Shown: piece by piece, positions 24,247 to 38,220 of the stretch
Position numbering within the stretch: position 1 is the stretch's first letter
Layout of the letters: each line of letters starts with the position of its first letter
NCBI RefSeq assembly: GCF_000143415.4
Contig: NW_003314288.1
Coordinates: forward strand, 1,426,056-1,490,055
Reading direction: 5' to 3'
Length of the DNA: 64,000 nt
From: Selaginella moellendorffii
Taxonomy: Eukaryota > Plantae > Lycopodiophyta
Made by a program: the position numbers and the translations under genes
The notes under the pieces: generated by a model
Told to the model about the DNA's origin: nothing
Databases searched by the model: none
The model's input: only the letters and a program-made list of their open reading frames with translations

Positions 24247-25883
24247 TGTGAGACACAAATCCCTAAGCCCCAAAGTGGAGCCGAAAGGGTGCCACGTGGT
24301 AGTGGCCGAAGCAAAAGCCAAACAAGCGTAACACGTTTGGACTAAAAGGCTCCGGACTTGAAAGGTCGAGAGTGGGAGTGGAACTCCCAACGGAGTGCTC
24401 AAGGAACGAGCATGAAGCGAGCAATAAATGAGGCTCCAAAAAGGGACCCGAGTTGGAGTCTGAGATGGAGTCCGAGGTGGACCTGAGATGGAGTCTGAGA
24501 TGGACCCAAGTTGGAGTCCAAGGTGGAGTCCGAGGTGGAGTCCAAGGTGGAGTCCAAGGTGGAGTCCGAGATGGAGTCCGAGATGGACCCGAGATGGAGT
24601 CCAAGATGGACCCGAGTTGGAGTCCAAGGTGGAGTCCAAGATGGAGTTCGAAATGGACCGAGATGGAGTCCGAGAAGGACCCGAGATGGAGCCCGAGGTC
24701 AAGACTGAGACCGGGACCGAGACCGAGACCGGGACCGAGACCGAGATCGAGACCGAGCCTGAGCCCGAGTCCGAGTCTGAGTCCGAGTCTGAGTCTGAGT
24801 CTGAGTCCGAGTCTGAGTCCGAGTCCAAGTCTGAGTCCGAGTCCGAGTCTGAGTCCGAGTCCGAGTCTGAGTCCGAGTTCGAGTCTGAGAGGGTGAAAGC
24901 CCAAAGCATTCGTCTCCCAAACCCTGGGGGGTTTGGTGAGCTCCAAAAGTATAGTAAGGGGGAGGACTGCAGTGGAGCCAGTTTGGCTAGGAATGGCCAG
25001 TTTGGCCCAGGAAGGCCAGACCCAGTGTTGGGTGATGAACTGACCACTAGGAAGTCCAAGACTAGAGTGAATACGGACCGACAAGCGGAGCTTGGTGAAG
25101 TGTTCAAGAGCCGGCTCTAGTTCCCCCGGGAGATCGACTGGCTGATGCTCCCAGTCCAAGTGTGGATGGCACTACCTACTTGGATACTTGGTGTGGCTCA
25201 ACGGAACCTCACTCTAAGCCCATAGCTAGAGCACCTAAAGGCGGAAGGTGGGGAGAGTACCCACGGGGCTCGCATAAGGCCACGGTGTTCCAAAATGTTG
25301 CCCCGAAGTCCCAAATTGGGGAAAGGAGGAGGACCAGTCCTCTAGTGTAGTGACTATGGATACGGTCACATGATGAGGAAGTCCCAGAGGACAATGGGAC
25401 TTAATGGCCGGGCCTGCGGGCCTTAATCTAGTGGCAGTGTTGGTGAACATGCACATGGACGGAAAAGGGACTTGGCAGGAACTGACAAAAGGATGTTGGG
25501 GAAGGCTATTCCCCATGTCTGTGGGCATCCTAAGGATGCTAAGGAGTGGATCTGGGATGAGCACTCGTGAGCGGACGGCTTAGTCTTGGAGAGATGAGAT
25601 TGTGATGCAAGTGGTATTGGACCACCAGTGCGGCAAAGGTGAATGGGCATGGCCTTAGCATAACGGGCCGATATGTCAGTGGTACCTTTGGGTGTCGGTC
25701 TTGGGACTGGACACGTGGAGCACTTGGACCAAGTGCAAGGGTTGAGTGGCATGGATGCCATTCTTGGGACTAGCAAGTCCCAAGTCTTGAATTGGACTTA
25801 AGGAGGTTGTGAATGAGAATCCTCCAAGTGGTCAGAGGTGTGGTTAAGTGACTAAGGTAGAATGGAAAATTTAGTCGCTTACA
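24247..25883 (+). mobile_element. Family-B solo LTR inserted in the gag zinc knuckle
   Basis: TGTGAGACAC...GTCGCTTACA, reverse complement of the LTRs at 27304-28952 and 33306-34851. Near-TSD GGTAT/GGAAT. Confidence 0.92.
24450..24890. repeat. LTR-internal tandem arrays: (GAGTCC[A/G]AG[A/G]TG)n 12-mers and (GAG[A/T]C[C/T])n hexamers
   Basis: Directly visible. Homologous arrays of different lengths at 6102-6245, 23115-23320, 28295-28720, 34305-34620 and 37480-37765. Confidence 0.95.
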
Positions 25884-27303
25884 GGAATGTCTCTACCTGA
25901 AGAAGGCCAAAGTCAATATGGCTATTAAGTTGGGTGAAATCCAAACTGAGATATGTGATCTAATCCTTAGCTCAAAGTTTCTCATTACACGAGCAACTTT
26001 GGTAAAGAGTCGTTCGCAACATCTACTAACCTTTAGAGGGAAGCTCAGAAGTAGTTTTGTTAAGATCTTCATTGATATGGCTGCTTTGGATAATTTTGTG
26101 GTTGCAAACATAGTTCGGCAAGCTGGACTAACACTATAGTGACTGGGTGAACCAAGGACTGTAGAGTTTGTTCAAGGTACCCAAAGCACTAATGAAGTAC
26201 TTCAACAAGCAAGAGTCGAAGTAAGGATATGGAAATGAGACATGGATTTCACTGTGTTAGACATGGCAGGATTTAACGTAATCTTTGGGATAGATTGGTT
26301 CAATCAGTTTATGGTAGCCTTGCATAGATAAGGTAGGAACCTTGTGGTACTGGTGAATACCCGAGGAGAATGATCCAAGGTGGAGGCCTGAGATTTAAAA
26401 GTAAGGCAAAGTAAGGCCAAAGACTCCTACTTGAACTTGGTGTCCATGAGAGGACAACTCATTAAAAGAACCAAGGCAGCATTTTTGTGCTTACTCTCAG
26501 TGAGTGACAAAAAAATAGGAATAGAAGAAATACCTTTAGTGATTTAGCAGGTGATGGACCAATTTTGATATACTATGCCGAAGTTGTTATCGGCGAGGTT
26601 ACCCCCCACACGATCGATAGAACATAAAATCAAGTTGGTTGAGGGTGCTAAGGTAGTGGTTCGTCCCTTTTATCGGTTGAATGGAAAGGAACTCAAGGAG
26701 CTCAAGTGCCAATTTGAGGAGTTGGTGGGAAAAGGGTATGTTAGATTGAGCAAGTTGCCATATGAGGCACCGATGTTATTTGTGAAAAAGAAATATGACT
26801 CTATATGCATATGCATAGACTATTAGTTACTCAACAAGTATACAAAGAAGAACAATTACCCTTTACCAAGGATTGAGGACTTATTTGATAGGTTGGGAAA
26901 GGTGAAATACTTCTCGAGGATCGACTTAAGGTCAGAATACTTCTAGATCTGGGTAGTAGAGGAAGATGTCAAGAAGACAACTTGTTGGACAAGATATGAA
27001 AGTTTTGAGTTTCAAGTGATGCCTTTATGCTGTGCAATGCACCATTGACATCTTTAGCACTGACAAACTACATTTTTGTACCCAATCTGGACCATTTCAT
27101 GGTCATCTACATTAACAACATCTTGATCTATAATGAGATGCTAGAGGAGCATGTCAAACACTTGACGAAGGTGTTTGAGAAACTAAAGGAACACTAGCTA
27201 TATACTAAAGAGAGTAAATGTGACTTTTCTCTATAAGATGTAAAGTTTCTCAGGCATGTGGTGAGCAAAGACAGGCTTAAAGTGGACCTTAACAAGGTCT
27301 AAG

Positions 27304-30300
27304 TGTAAGCGACTAAATTTTCCATTCTACTTTAGTCACTTAACCACACCTCCGACCATTTGGAGGAGTCTCACTCACAACCTCCGTAAGTTCTATTCTG
27401 GACTTAGGGATTTGCTAGCCCCAAGAATGGCATCCATACCACTCAACCATTGCACTTCGTCCAAGTGCTCCACGTGTCCGATCCCATGACCGACACCCCA
27501 AAGTACCATCGACATATCAGCCTGTTACACTAAAGCCATGCCCCTTCACCTTGGTCACACCAGTGGTCTAACACCACCTACATCACAGTCCCGTCTCTCA
27601 AGGACTGGGCCATCCATCCATGAGTGATCATCCCAAATCCACTCTTTAGCATCCTTAGGATGCCTACAGACATGGGGATTATCCTTCCCCAATACCCCTT
27701 TTCCAGTCCCCACCAAATCCCTTTCTGTCCATGGTCGTGTTTGCCAACACTGCCACTGGATCAAGGCCCACAGGCCTAACCACTAAGTCTCGCTATCCTC
27801 TGGGACTTCCTTACTATGTGACTGTGTCCTTGGTCACCATACCAAAGGGCTACTTCTCTTCCTTTCCACAGTCTGGGACTTTGAAATAACATTTCGGAAC
27901 ACCAGCCTCATGGGTACTCTCCCTGCTTTCTGCCTTTGGGTGCTCTAGCTATGGGCTTAGAGCAAGGTTCTGTTGAGCCATGCCAGATATCCAAGTAGGT
28001 AGTGCCACCCACACTTGCATTGGGAGCATCGGCTAGTCGATCTCCCAGGGGAACTAGAGCCGGCTTTTGAATACTTCACCAAGCTACCCTGCTTGTCGGT
28101 CTGTATTCACTCTAGTCTTGGACTTCTTAGTGGTCAGCTCATCACTCAACACCTGGGTATAGCCTTTCTAGGCCAAACTGGCCTTTTTTGGCCAAATTGG
28201 CTCCATTGCCGTCCTCCCCCTTACAATACTTTTGGAGCCCACCAAACCCCCTAGAGTCTGGGAGATGAACACTTTGGGCTTTCACCCTCTAAAACTTGAA
28301 CTCGAACTTGGACTCGGACTCGGACTCAGACTCGGACTCGGACTCGGGCTTGGGCTCGGTCTCGACCTCAGCCTTGGTCTCGGTCTCGGTTCCAGTCTCG
28401 GTCTCGGTCCCGGTCTCGGTCTTGATCTCGACTTCGAACTCCATCTTGGGTCCATCTCAGACTCCATCTTAGACTCCATCTTGGACTCCATCTCAAACTC
28501 TATCTTGGGTCCATCTCGAACTCCATCTCGGACTCCATTTCGGGTCCATCTCGGGTCCATCTCAGACTCCATCTCGGACTCCATCTTGGACTCCATCTCG
28601 AGTCCTTCTCGGGTCCATCTTGGACTCCATCTCAAACTCCATCTTGGACTCGATCTCGGGTCTATCTTGGGTCCATCCCGGGTCCACCTTGGACTTCACC
28701 TCGGACTCCATCTCAGACTCCTGCACGTGTCATGTTTTGGTACTCTTGTGTCCCCTTTTCTAGAGACTCACTCATGCCTCGCCTTGTGCTTGTTCCTTGA
28801 GCACTTTTTTGGGAGTTCCACTCCCACTCTTGACCTTTTCAAGTCAGAGCTTTTAGTCCAAACGTGTTACGCTCGTTTGGCTTTTGCTTCGGCCACTACC
28901 ACGTGGCACCATTTTAGCTCCACTTTGGGGCCCAGGGATTTTGTGTCTCACAACTCCACCACCTATAGAAGAAGTTCGATGTCCTCATCGAACAATAAAC
29001 CATTTTATAAAGTAATACCAACATGTATTACCCTTTCCATCCTTAGCACCTCGCCAATATTCATCAATGGTTTGATACCAAAGGCTCACCATGCCTTACC
29101 CATCCTCTAAGGCAGATAGTCTCTCCAACTTAGAGACTGATTGGACCACTTGTAGTGGTTCTCTCCTTTTATTGGTTTAGTTCTCGCTAAACTTGTTAGA
29201 GACACCGTCTCTATCTCAACCCCATGACTCCTTCTCAAGTAATCATAGTTTCCATCGATATAACCTTTGCACTATGGAACTTTTAATTTTGACTTCTTGA
29301 AGTCAATTTCCTAGGTGTCTCTGACACCTTGCATTGCACATATTGTGCAACTCCACTTCTGCATCCTAGGAAGTTCTCTACTTGAGGGCATCATCATCTT
29401 TTCTTCTATTTCGTGTCTCATGCTTTATTTCGTTAAAGTGGAATTTTTCATTATCCCACTTATGGTGTGTGGCCACATGCCATTTTTATAACAACAATAA
29501 AAAATTGAAGTTTTAGCTTTATAATTTATAAATTAAAAACTTTTCATATGATTTTGTGTTATAATATTATGAAATATAAAAAATAAATTTAAAAACTGAT
29601 AGAAATATTAATAAATATTAATTAAGTACTAGGAAATGGCATGTGGACACATGCTAATTAATGTCCCACTTTACTGAATAAGTTCCACTTTAACGAAATA
29701 AAGCATTCTCCTTGGGCACTAAGTTCCAGTTATCATAATTTGTGCCATGGCTATGCATGGCTTTATCATTTGGCTACTTTACCGCTCCCTCCCTTGGAGC
29801 TTCCACTTTTGCTAAATCGGAGCAATTGGGAATTCATCTTTGGAAACACATTGCCTTTCCCGCAATTCGTTAGCACCCAACACATTAATGTTCTTGGCCT
29901 AACTTTGCCTTTTGGATTCTTTTCTATAATTCCCATGGCTCTTTTCTTAGCCACTAGTCTTTTGCTCCTATCCTTGATTATTGCACCTAACAACATCGAA
30001 TCACTACCTCCATTCTCGAGATATCATTTCGGTTCCATAGCAAAGACTTTACTTTGCTAAGTCCAGAGGGTGTTCACCCTTAGTAAGTCTCTTTAGCATT
30101 TTTTGCTGTGGACTCTATCCCTAGCCCAATTTTGTGACCCTCCCATGGGTCTCTTATAGAGATTACTTTCTTTGGACTCACTATGCCATTGCATTGCCAC
30201 ATATCATTTCCATTAGGTGTTTTTCCCACTTGGTCACCTTGACCAAGCCACACCATCATCAATAGTTCAAATTAACACTTTGAACTAGGAACCTTATCCG

Positions 30301-33300
30301 TTACCTCATAAGGACCTTATCCTTGTTTTAGCCATAAGATCACCTAGTGATCTAACCTTGGCACCTTAATAAGTTTGTTAATAGGTACTAAGTCCTCCAG
30401 ACCTTTAAGTTGTTCACCATGACCCCCGGGGCATCCCCCACACTTGGCAATGCACCCAAGCCAGCCCTTTTGGCTAAGGGTCCATAACAACCAAGACTGG
30501 GTGTCCCCATCTTATTCACCACGTTCTTGGTGCCACTCGCACCAAAGTGTTCAAGTTCGATGTGTCGAGCCATACTAAGCAATCTAACCGTGCATCACGA
30601 CTCCGGGGCATCCCCCACTTGGCGGTGTGCCCAAGCTAGTCTCCTTACTAAGAGTCCATAATCACCGAAAAATGAGTGTCCTCATATTCCAAACTATCAC
30701 TTCGCCCTAGTGAGTTGGGACTCGAACCCAAGCACTAGAGGGTGGGACTTGAACCCAACCTCTGTATATGCATCTACGGATGGCATCACACATAATGCTT
30801 GGCGTGACTCCCCACGCCGGTGCACCAACATGTATTTAAAGTGCATTATAGATCACAACTTGAGAACCTAGTTTCTCCACACTACCAAGTCCTCTCGCTT
30901 GACAAGTTTGTGATCATGCATGGACTCCTCCATGCTCGGCCCCATGGGCCACCCCTTTTGAAGTTAGCACCTTCAACTAGGGGATTTGTTCCCCTGACTC
31001 GCCAATCTCACTTAGCAAGTCATTCAGCCACCGTAACATAGTTCATGCATAAGCATGAAAGTCCTTAACTATTGACTTTTGTTCAAAGACCTCTCTTTGA
31101 ACACTCGGAAACTACTTCCCCAACCTTGATAGCCTTGCCTCATAGCCAGCTTCAAGACCACACTTCTGCTACGCCACTCTGATTTCGTGCGCTCTAGGAA
31201 CCATTTACACTTGGCTTTCTAGGTATTTATCTACCTAAAATTGTCTTTGGGAACCTTCAAGGAACTCTATTCCTTAGTTTGCTAAAGCTTCTCCTTTGCA
31301 AGCTCCCTACTCACCATATGGTCTAACATGGATAATTCCACATTTTAGACTCTCCATGGCACTGCTGTTGCTAGTAACAACATCCTCGAGCACCCTCTTG
31401 ATTCTCCACTCCCAACTTGCATAACCACCATTGGTTATGCCCTTCGATTTTTATGGTTCAGTTCTATCCCAATATTATTTGCCTTTTGGCCTCATATGTT
31501 TCCTTTGGTTATTCTCCTCCAGACTAAGAGGATAGCTTTGCACATTCTACCATGCTTTAGCAAGTATTCATAGGCTTGAACTTACCTGATAACTTAAGGA
31601 GTGGTCCTTCAATCTGGGCATGCTCACCTTATAATCCCACACACTGGGATTACCGTTGCTACTTATGGGCCTCCATATGCCCATCACTAGCCTTGCCAAA
31701 ATCCCATTTTTGGCTTTGTCCAAATCAGGTAGACGGATTCCTCCCGTCTCCACAACCTTGGATGTTTGGATGGCATCTCTTATCCATCATTCGCTAGGGA
31801 CTTAGTCCCTTGGGCTTTATCTATTGCCCTTACGACACTAAACACCACCTCCTGGTGTTCCAGAGTGTTTGGGTGTCCCAATAAGGGTCTCCTTGACAAT
31901 GAACATTTCCTTTTTCGACATTGACTCATTATATCGTAACATAAGCAATTTATCCCCCATAAGGGTATATCTAATTTCCTTATGCCATTAAGAAGTCTTG
32001 GGTAGCTACCTTCTACCCGTTTAACCAATTATCTTGCACCTTTTGCTTAGTTGCCCCATAGTTGTTAAGTTCTACAACTCATTGCTTGGTGCTTCCACAC
32101 CTCCATCATTATCTGGGTCACCACACTCCAACCACATGTCTTCCAACTTAGGGTATGCCATTCTTATTTCCATTGGGATTCTTTTGGAAGGGGTTCTCAT
32201 GAACCCACCAACTTGACCTCAAGGCAACACGCCTTGGCATATTTGGTGTTTCCACACCATCAGCTCTACGAGCATACCTCTATAACACTTCTTACTTGTG
32301 TCTAGGCTTTTGCCAAAGACCAAGCCAGTCGTTTCTCATGCCAACTATCTGTTAGCACTACATCGTAGTGTTTGCACACAACTCTGCACCAAAGTTTCTG
32401 CTTCTGGGAACACCTTTCCCACGACTTTAATATAGCATATTCTGCCACCCTTGAGATACCCACTGTTCTCATACTTGGATCTTATGATCCTCCCTATCCT
32501 CCGTGAGGCACAACACACCTTAGTCCAAATGCTTCCATCTGTCCTTTAGGACCATTCCTTGACTCCACTTAGTCATTCAGCCTTTTGGACTTTTCCTAAT
32601 CCCCCAACTTATAAGGTTTTACTTTTGAGGTGCCAGCTCATTAGAATACAACTTCTTGTATTCATGTCCTACTCCCTAAGACCACCATTATAAGTGTTTT
32701 CCAACACTTGACTATTTTTTGATCTTTGTGGGCTACCTTTGCCCCTTAGGACTATCCGTCCCTATGATGAGAATACCAACTCATCCTTTGAGCACAGCCC
32801 TAACTCCTTGGGTTTTTTCCAACTTTTATAAAAGGTAGCCTCGGCTACTATTTTGAGGACTTGTGTCCTCATCCGTACTTTATCTCTCACGGTCATCAAT
32901 TCCGGTCTCAAATTCATGAGCATCAGCCTCAATTATGCGAGGATAATCTTGTGACTCCTTTATTGTTTTGGAGTCTCTATCTTTCCCGTGATCCCAACTA
33001 TAATTGTTTACCATAACTACCTTAAGGAGTTTGCTGAGTCAACCGCTCATCCGGATCACATCCTCAACTCTCTGAGGGAAACCTTATACTGTTCCCAAGA
33101 TCCCAAAGTCGTTCCCCTATTGGCCCTTTTCCATCCACCACATTGCGCACAAGTTCACACATGAACTTGAGTGGAGAGCCATGTCCTCTCAACATGCTAC
33201 TCCTCGAGGATAGGTCCATATCTAGGACCTTCCAATTCCAATACAAGTGGTGATATATTCGGCCACCAATAAGAGTCAAACTAAGGAACAGCTCCGATAC

Positions 33301-34851
33301 CAAGTTGTAAGTGACTAAATTTTCCATTCTACTTTAGTCACTTAACCACACCTCCAACCACTTGGAGGAGTCTTATTCACAACCTCCGTAAGTCCTATTC
33401 TGGAATTAGGGACTTGCTAGCCCCAAGAATGGCATTCATACCACTCAACCATTGCATTTCGTCCAAGTGCTCCACGTGTCCAATCCCATGACCGACACCC
33501 CAAGGTACCATCAACATATCAGCCTATTACGCTAAAGCCATGCCCCTTCATCTTGGTCACACCAGTGGTCTAACACCACCTGCATCACAGTCCTATCTCT
33601 CAAGGACTGGGCCATCCATCCATGAGTGATCATCCCAGATCCACTCTTTAGCATCCTTAGGATGCCCACAGACATGGGGATTATCCTTCCCCAATACCTC
33701 TTTTCCAGTCCCCACCAAGTCCCTTTCTGTCCATGGTCGTGTTTGCCAACACTGCCACTGGATCAAGGTCCACAGGCCTGACCACTAAGTCCTACTATCC
33801 TCTGGGACTTCCTCACTATATGACTGTGTCCTTGGTCGCTATATCAGAGGGCTACTCCTCTTCCTTTCCACAGTTTGGGACTTTGAAGCAACATTTCGGA
33901 ACACTGTGGCCCTACGCGGGCCTCATGGGTACTCTCCCCACCTTTTGCCTTTGGGTGCTCTAGCCATGGGCTTAGAATGAGGTTCCGTTGAGCCACGCCA
34001 GGTATCTAAGTACATAGTGCCACCCACACTTGGACTGGGAGCATCGGCTAGTTGATCTCCCGGGGGAACTAGAGCCGGCTCTTGAATACTTCACCAAGCT
34101 ACCCTGCTTGTCGGTCTGTATTCACTCTAGTTTTGGACTTCCCAATAGTCAGCTCATCACCCAACACCTGGGTACAGCCTTCCTGGGCCAAATTGGTCTT
34201 TCCTGGCCAAACTGGCTCCACTGCAGTCCTCCCCCTTACTATACTTTTGGATCCCACCAAACCCCCTAGGGTCTGGGAGATGAACGCTTTGGGTTTTCAC
34301 CCTCTTAGACTCGGACTCGGACTTGGACTCGGACTCAGACTCGGTCTTAGACACGGACTCGGACTCAGACTCAGCCTTGGCCTTGGTCTCGGTCTCGGTC
34401 TTTGTCCCGGTCTTGATCTCAACTTCAGACTCCATTTCGGGTCCATCTCGGAGTCCATCTTGGACTCCATTTCGGACTCCATCTTGAACTGCATCCTGGA
34501 CTCCATTTCAGACTCCATCTCGGGTCCATCTCGAGTCCATCTCGGACTCCATCTCGGACTCAATCTTGGGTCCATCTTGGGTCCACCTTAGACTCCACCT
34601 CAAACTCCATCTCAGACTCCTCTACGTGTCATGTTTTGGTCCTCTTGTGTCCTCTTTTCTAGAGACTCACTCATGGCTCGCCTTGTGCTTGTTCCTCGAG
34701 CACTTCGTTAGGAGTTCCACTCCCACTCTCGACCTTTTCAAGTCGGAGCTTTTAGTCCAAACATGTTACGCTTGTTTGGCTTTCACTTCGGCCACTACCA
34801 CATTGCGCCCTTTCGACTTCACTTTGGGGCCTAGGGATTTTGTGTCTCACA
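27304..34851 (-). mobile_element. Complete nested non-autonomous LTR retroelement (family B, LARD-like)
   Basis: LTRs 33306-34851 (5') and 27304-28952 (3'). Met-tRNA PBS TGGTATCGGAGC at 33291-33302 (minus), PPT AGGTGGTGGAGT at 28953-28964 (minus), near-TSD CTAAG/TTAAG. No gag-pol ORF inside. Confidence 0.93.
29420..29706 (-). mobile_element. 287-bp MITE related to the Sola1-like element
   Basis: 24-bp TIRs ATGCTTTATTTCGTTAAAGTGGAA, 4-bp TSD TCTC (29416-29419 and 29707-29710), AT-rich core. Subterminal sequences match the two ends of 38268-50671. Confidence 0.9.
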
Positions 34852-36699
34852 TTAAGCAATCTAGAAATATAAATGACCATCGAATATACACAAGTTAAGG
34901 GCATTTTTGGGGTTATGCAACTACTACTGAAAGTTTATTAAACGCTATTTAAGAATAACTTTGCCTTTAACAGACCAAACGGGAAAAGGGAAAACAATAT
35001 GGACAGTGGCATATGAGGTGGCATATGTCCACCTCAAAGGGAAGTTAAGGAACGCTTCTATGTTGGTGTTACCAGACTTTGGTAAAGACTTTGAGGTAGA
35101 AATAGATACTCTAGACTTTGTGTTGGGTGTAGTTTTGAAGCAAGACAACTGTCCAGTAGCATTTTTCTTGAAGAAGTTGGACAAGGCTCAACAAAAGTGG
35201 CTTGCCCACGAGAAGGAACTATTGCGGTGGTGAAAGTGCTGAAGGAGTGGGGACACTGCCTTGGGAGACACTTCAAAGTTTACATGGATAATATGGCAAT
35301 GAAACATTTTTTATCATAGCTCGACCTAAAGGGAAACAAGGTCGGTAAGCCAATGCTTTAGCCAAGTTTGATTGCAAGATTCTCTATAAACCTAGGAAGA
35401 GTAACATTGTGGCAGATGCTCTAAGTTGAAAAGCAAGATTAAAGTTGGCAATATCCAATGTGACAGCAACCTTTTGGGATGATGTGCAGATAGTATATGA
35501 GAATAATGGTTTAGCACAAGAAGTGTTGCTAAGGAACTAGGAAGTGCATGATGCTCACTAAAGAGGGGAGCTGCTTACGAAAAAGAAGATGGGCTATATA
35601 AAACATAATGGACTCATCTATTATAAATAGATGAGGGTGTATGTTCCACAAGAGGAGATAAGGAAGGTAGCTTTAGAAGAGTGTCATGATGGACTTCTTG
35701 CAAGACATGGTGGAGTCCTTAAAACAATGGGCTTACTCAAGAGAAAGTATCATTGGCCAAACATAGTTAAAGACATGTCCAACATGTTAGCAGGTTAAAG
35801 CTATGATTAAGGCTAATGGGGGCTTGTTATAAAGCCTCCCAATTCCAAATCGTCCGTGAAAATGTTTTATAATGAACTTCATCACGGGAATCCCCCCAAG
35901 TGAGGGGTTTGATGTGATATTCATGGTGGTGGATCGGTTTTTGAAAATGGCACATTTCATACCCACCACAACAGAAATGGATGCAGAAGGTGTGGCAAAG
36001 CTATTCTTTGAACAAGTGGTTTGAGTGCAGGGAAGGCTAGAAGAGATTATCTGATATTAAGATAAAATCTTCACCAGTAGGTTCTGGAAAACTCTTTTGG
36101 AACAATATCGCACCAAGTTGAAATTCAACATAGTGTATCACCCATAGACAGGTATTGGGTATTAAGTCAAGTTTGGTGGCACTAACACTTCTTGACAGAT
36201 GGACAAAAGAAAAGGGTGAATAGGCAGCTGGAGAATTATTTGCAATGCTATGTCTATGGAGACCAGACTGATTTGGTAAGTCATTTGGGACTTATGGGAA
36301 TGTGCTATAACAACTCACCATATTCAAGTATTGAGGTGAGTCCATGGAAAGTCATCAATGGGCGAGCTATTAAAGGTTCTATGGAACTTGGTGTGGCCGA
36401 GTATCATGAAGAGTTACCCGTAGTGAAGGTGTTTATGGCGGAAAGACTCAACATTTGGAATCTAGTGCGGGATTTCTTGGAACGGGCTCAACAAAGGCAA
36501 ACTAAATATGCGAACCAGAAGCGCAAGGATGTAGAATTCCAATCTAGGGATAAGGTGTGGTTGAACACCAAGAACCTAAGGTTATCAAGTGGGATCAGCC
36601 GGAAGTTGACCCAAAGGTAAAATGTATATATTTTTAGAAATGAACTGATCTTGAGTTCCTTAAGCAAATTTACAGAGCCTTATGAGATTGAGGCTCAAA

Positions 36700-38220
36700 T
36701 GTAAGCCACAAATTTTTCCTTTCCAATTTGCCAGCTTACCTCGCCTATCCGACCAACTCTGCCTTGGCTTGTGCTAAGTTCCCTCGCCAAGGTTCTCGCC
36801 TATGGTACCAGCTCCTACTTGGTTTCAGCTACTTACTGCACGAGCAATGGAGTGTTAGCCATCCATCTACGGATTCCCAAATCTCTCCCAATCCCCCTCC
36901 CCGGGTTAGACTGGACTTAAGGTTCGGCTACACTCCCCGCAGGCACAAGCAGCCAAGCACACCAAGCCTCCAGATTCCTAACACCCCTTGGTACCACAAG
37001 ACTTGGTCACGGGACCCTCTAAATCCCAAGCCTTGGGTGCAGCACTTGCTTCGGGACGTCGGGGCGAAACACCGTGGCCTAACGGCCCGGTATGGGTACC
37101 TCTACCCCCCCTCTTCCATCCCGAAGGGAAGGCCCAAGCCCTCGGAAGGGCGAGGACCAATGAGCCACAAGGTACTCAAGTGGGGCACCACTCCACCTGA
37201 GCCGGGAGCACCGCAGTCGGTTTCCCTTTCGGGAGTGGGAGCTGCTCTTGAGCACTTCCTTGGATGGCCCCTCCGGCACCAGCCAAGTCCATGCTCACTC
37301 CCACCCAAGGCCCCTCGGTCCCAGTCTCAACCTCAAGTCGGTTTGGAAGCCCAACTGGAGAGTCCCTTCAAAACTGGTTCCTGGACCTCACTATCCCTAC
37401 TATACATTTGGAACCCCTTGCAGCCCCCCCCCTGGGAGACGCACGCTTTGGGCTTTCACCCCTTGTCCCGTATTAGTATTTGGACTTAGTCTCTAGCTCG
37501 ATCTCGGATCCGATTTCGGATCCGACTTCGGATTCGGTCTCGGACTCGATTTCGGACTCGATCTCGGACCCGACCTCGGACCCGACCTCGGACTCGACCT
37601 CAGACTCGGTCTCAGACCCGATTTCGGATCTCGGACTCCGTCTTGAACTCGGTCTCGAACTCAGACTCGAACTCGGTCCCCGAGTCGGTCTCGGACTCGA
37701 TTCCGGACTCTATCTCGAACTCGGTCCTAGAGTCGGTCTTGGACTCGATCCTCGACTTGGTCCCATCCGATGAACTCTTTGTCATTTCGGTCAAGCTTTT
37801 GGGGATCCTTTAGCCTATGACATCTCGGGGAGTCGGTTCCTTACAACTCCACCACCCATAGAAGAAGTTCGATGCCCACATCGAACGTCTCGTTTTATTC
37901 TACAACTTGTTGACCATGTCTCTGGGGGCATCCCCCCACTTAGCGGTGTGCCTAAGTTAGCCTCCCCGGCCAAGAGCCCATGACAACGGAATATAGGTGT
38001 CCCTATACTCCTCACCTCACCACGCCCTAGTATGGGGTCGGGACTTGAACCCAGCCTTGCTTTACTAGGGGGTTGGGACTCGAACCCAACCTCCGTAGAA
38101 TACGTCTACGGATTCGACATCCCCGCGGGGAGTCGGGCGTAGTGCCCTACGCCTGGTCGACCTATCCAACCCATGCTAATTAGCTTACCTTTGGCGCGCC
38201 TTCGGGTCCCAACATATGCC
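36700..38220 (-). mobile_element. 3' LTR (family C, 36700-37845), PPT and 3' internal stub of another LTR element
   Basis: TG..CA ends. PPT at 37846-37857 (minus). Adjacent internal DNA is similar to 28953-28995 and 30600-30820. Confidence 0.85.

Larger units (their letters stand above)
23926..36699 (+). mobile_element. Degenerate Ty3/gypsy gag-pol acting as host for nested insertions (segments 23926-24246, 25884-27303, 34857-36699)
   Basis: Zinc knuckle CFNCGEAGHF split by a solo LTR, protease remnant, RT (26575-27303) that resumes after 34856 (LRAFLGLCNYY), RNase H 34961-35233 and integrase 35650-36620. Confidence 0.9.

Noticed and set aside
24211-25159. Long ORFs with SDSDSD, LGLGLR or ESESES repeats (also 28232-29110, 34082-34591, 37480-37773)
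   Set aside because: These are translations of LTR hexamer and 12-mer tandem repeats, open in several frames at once; not genes.
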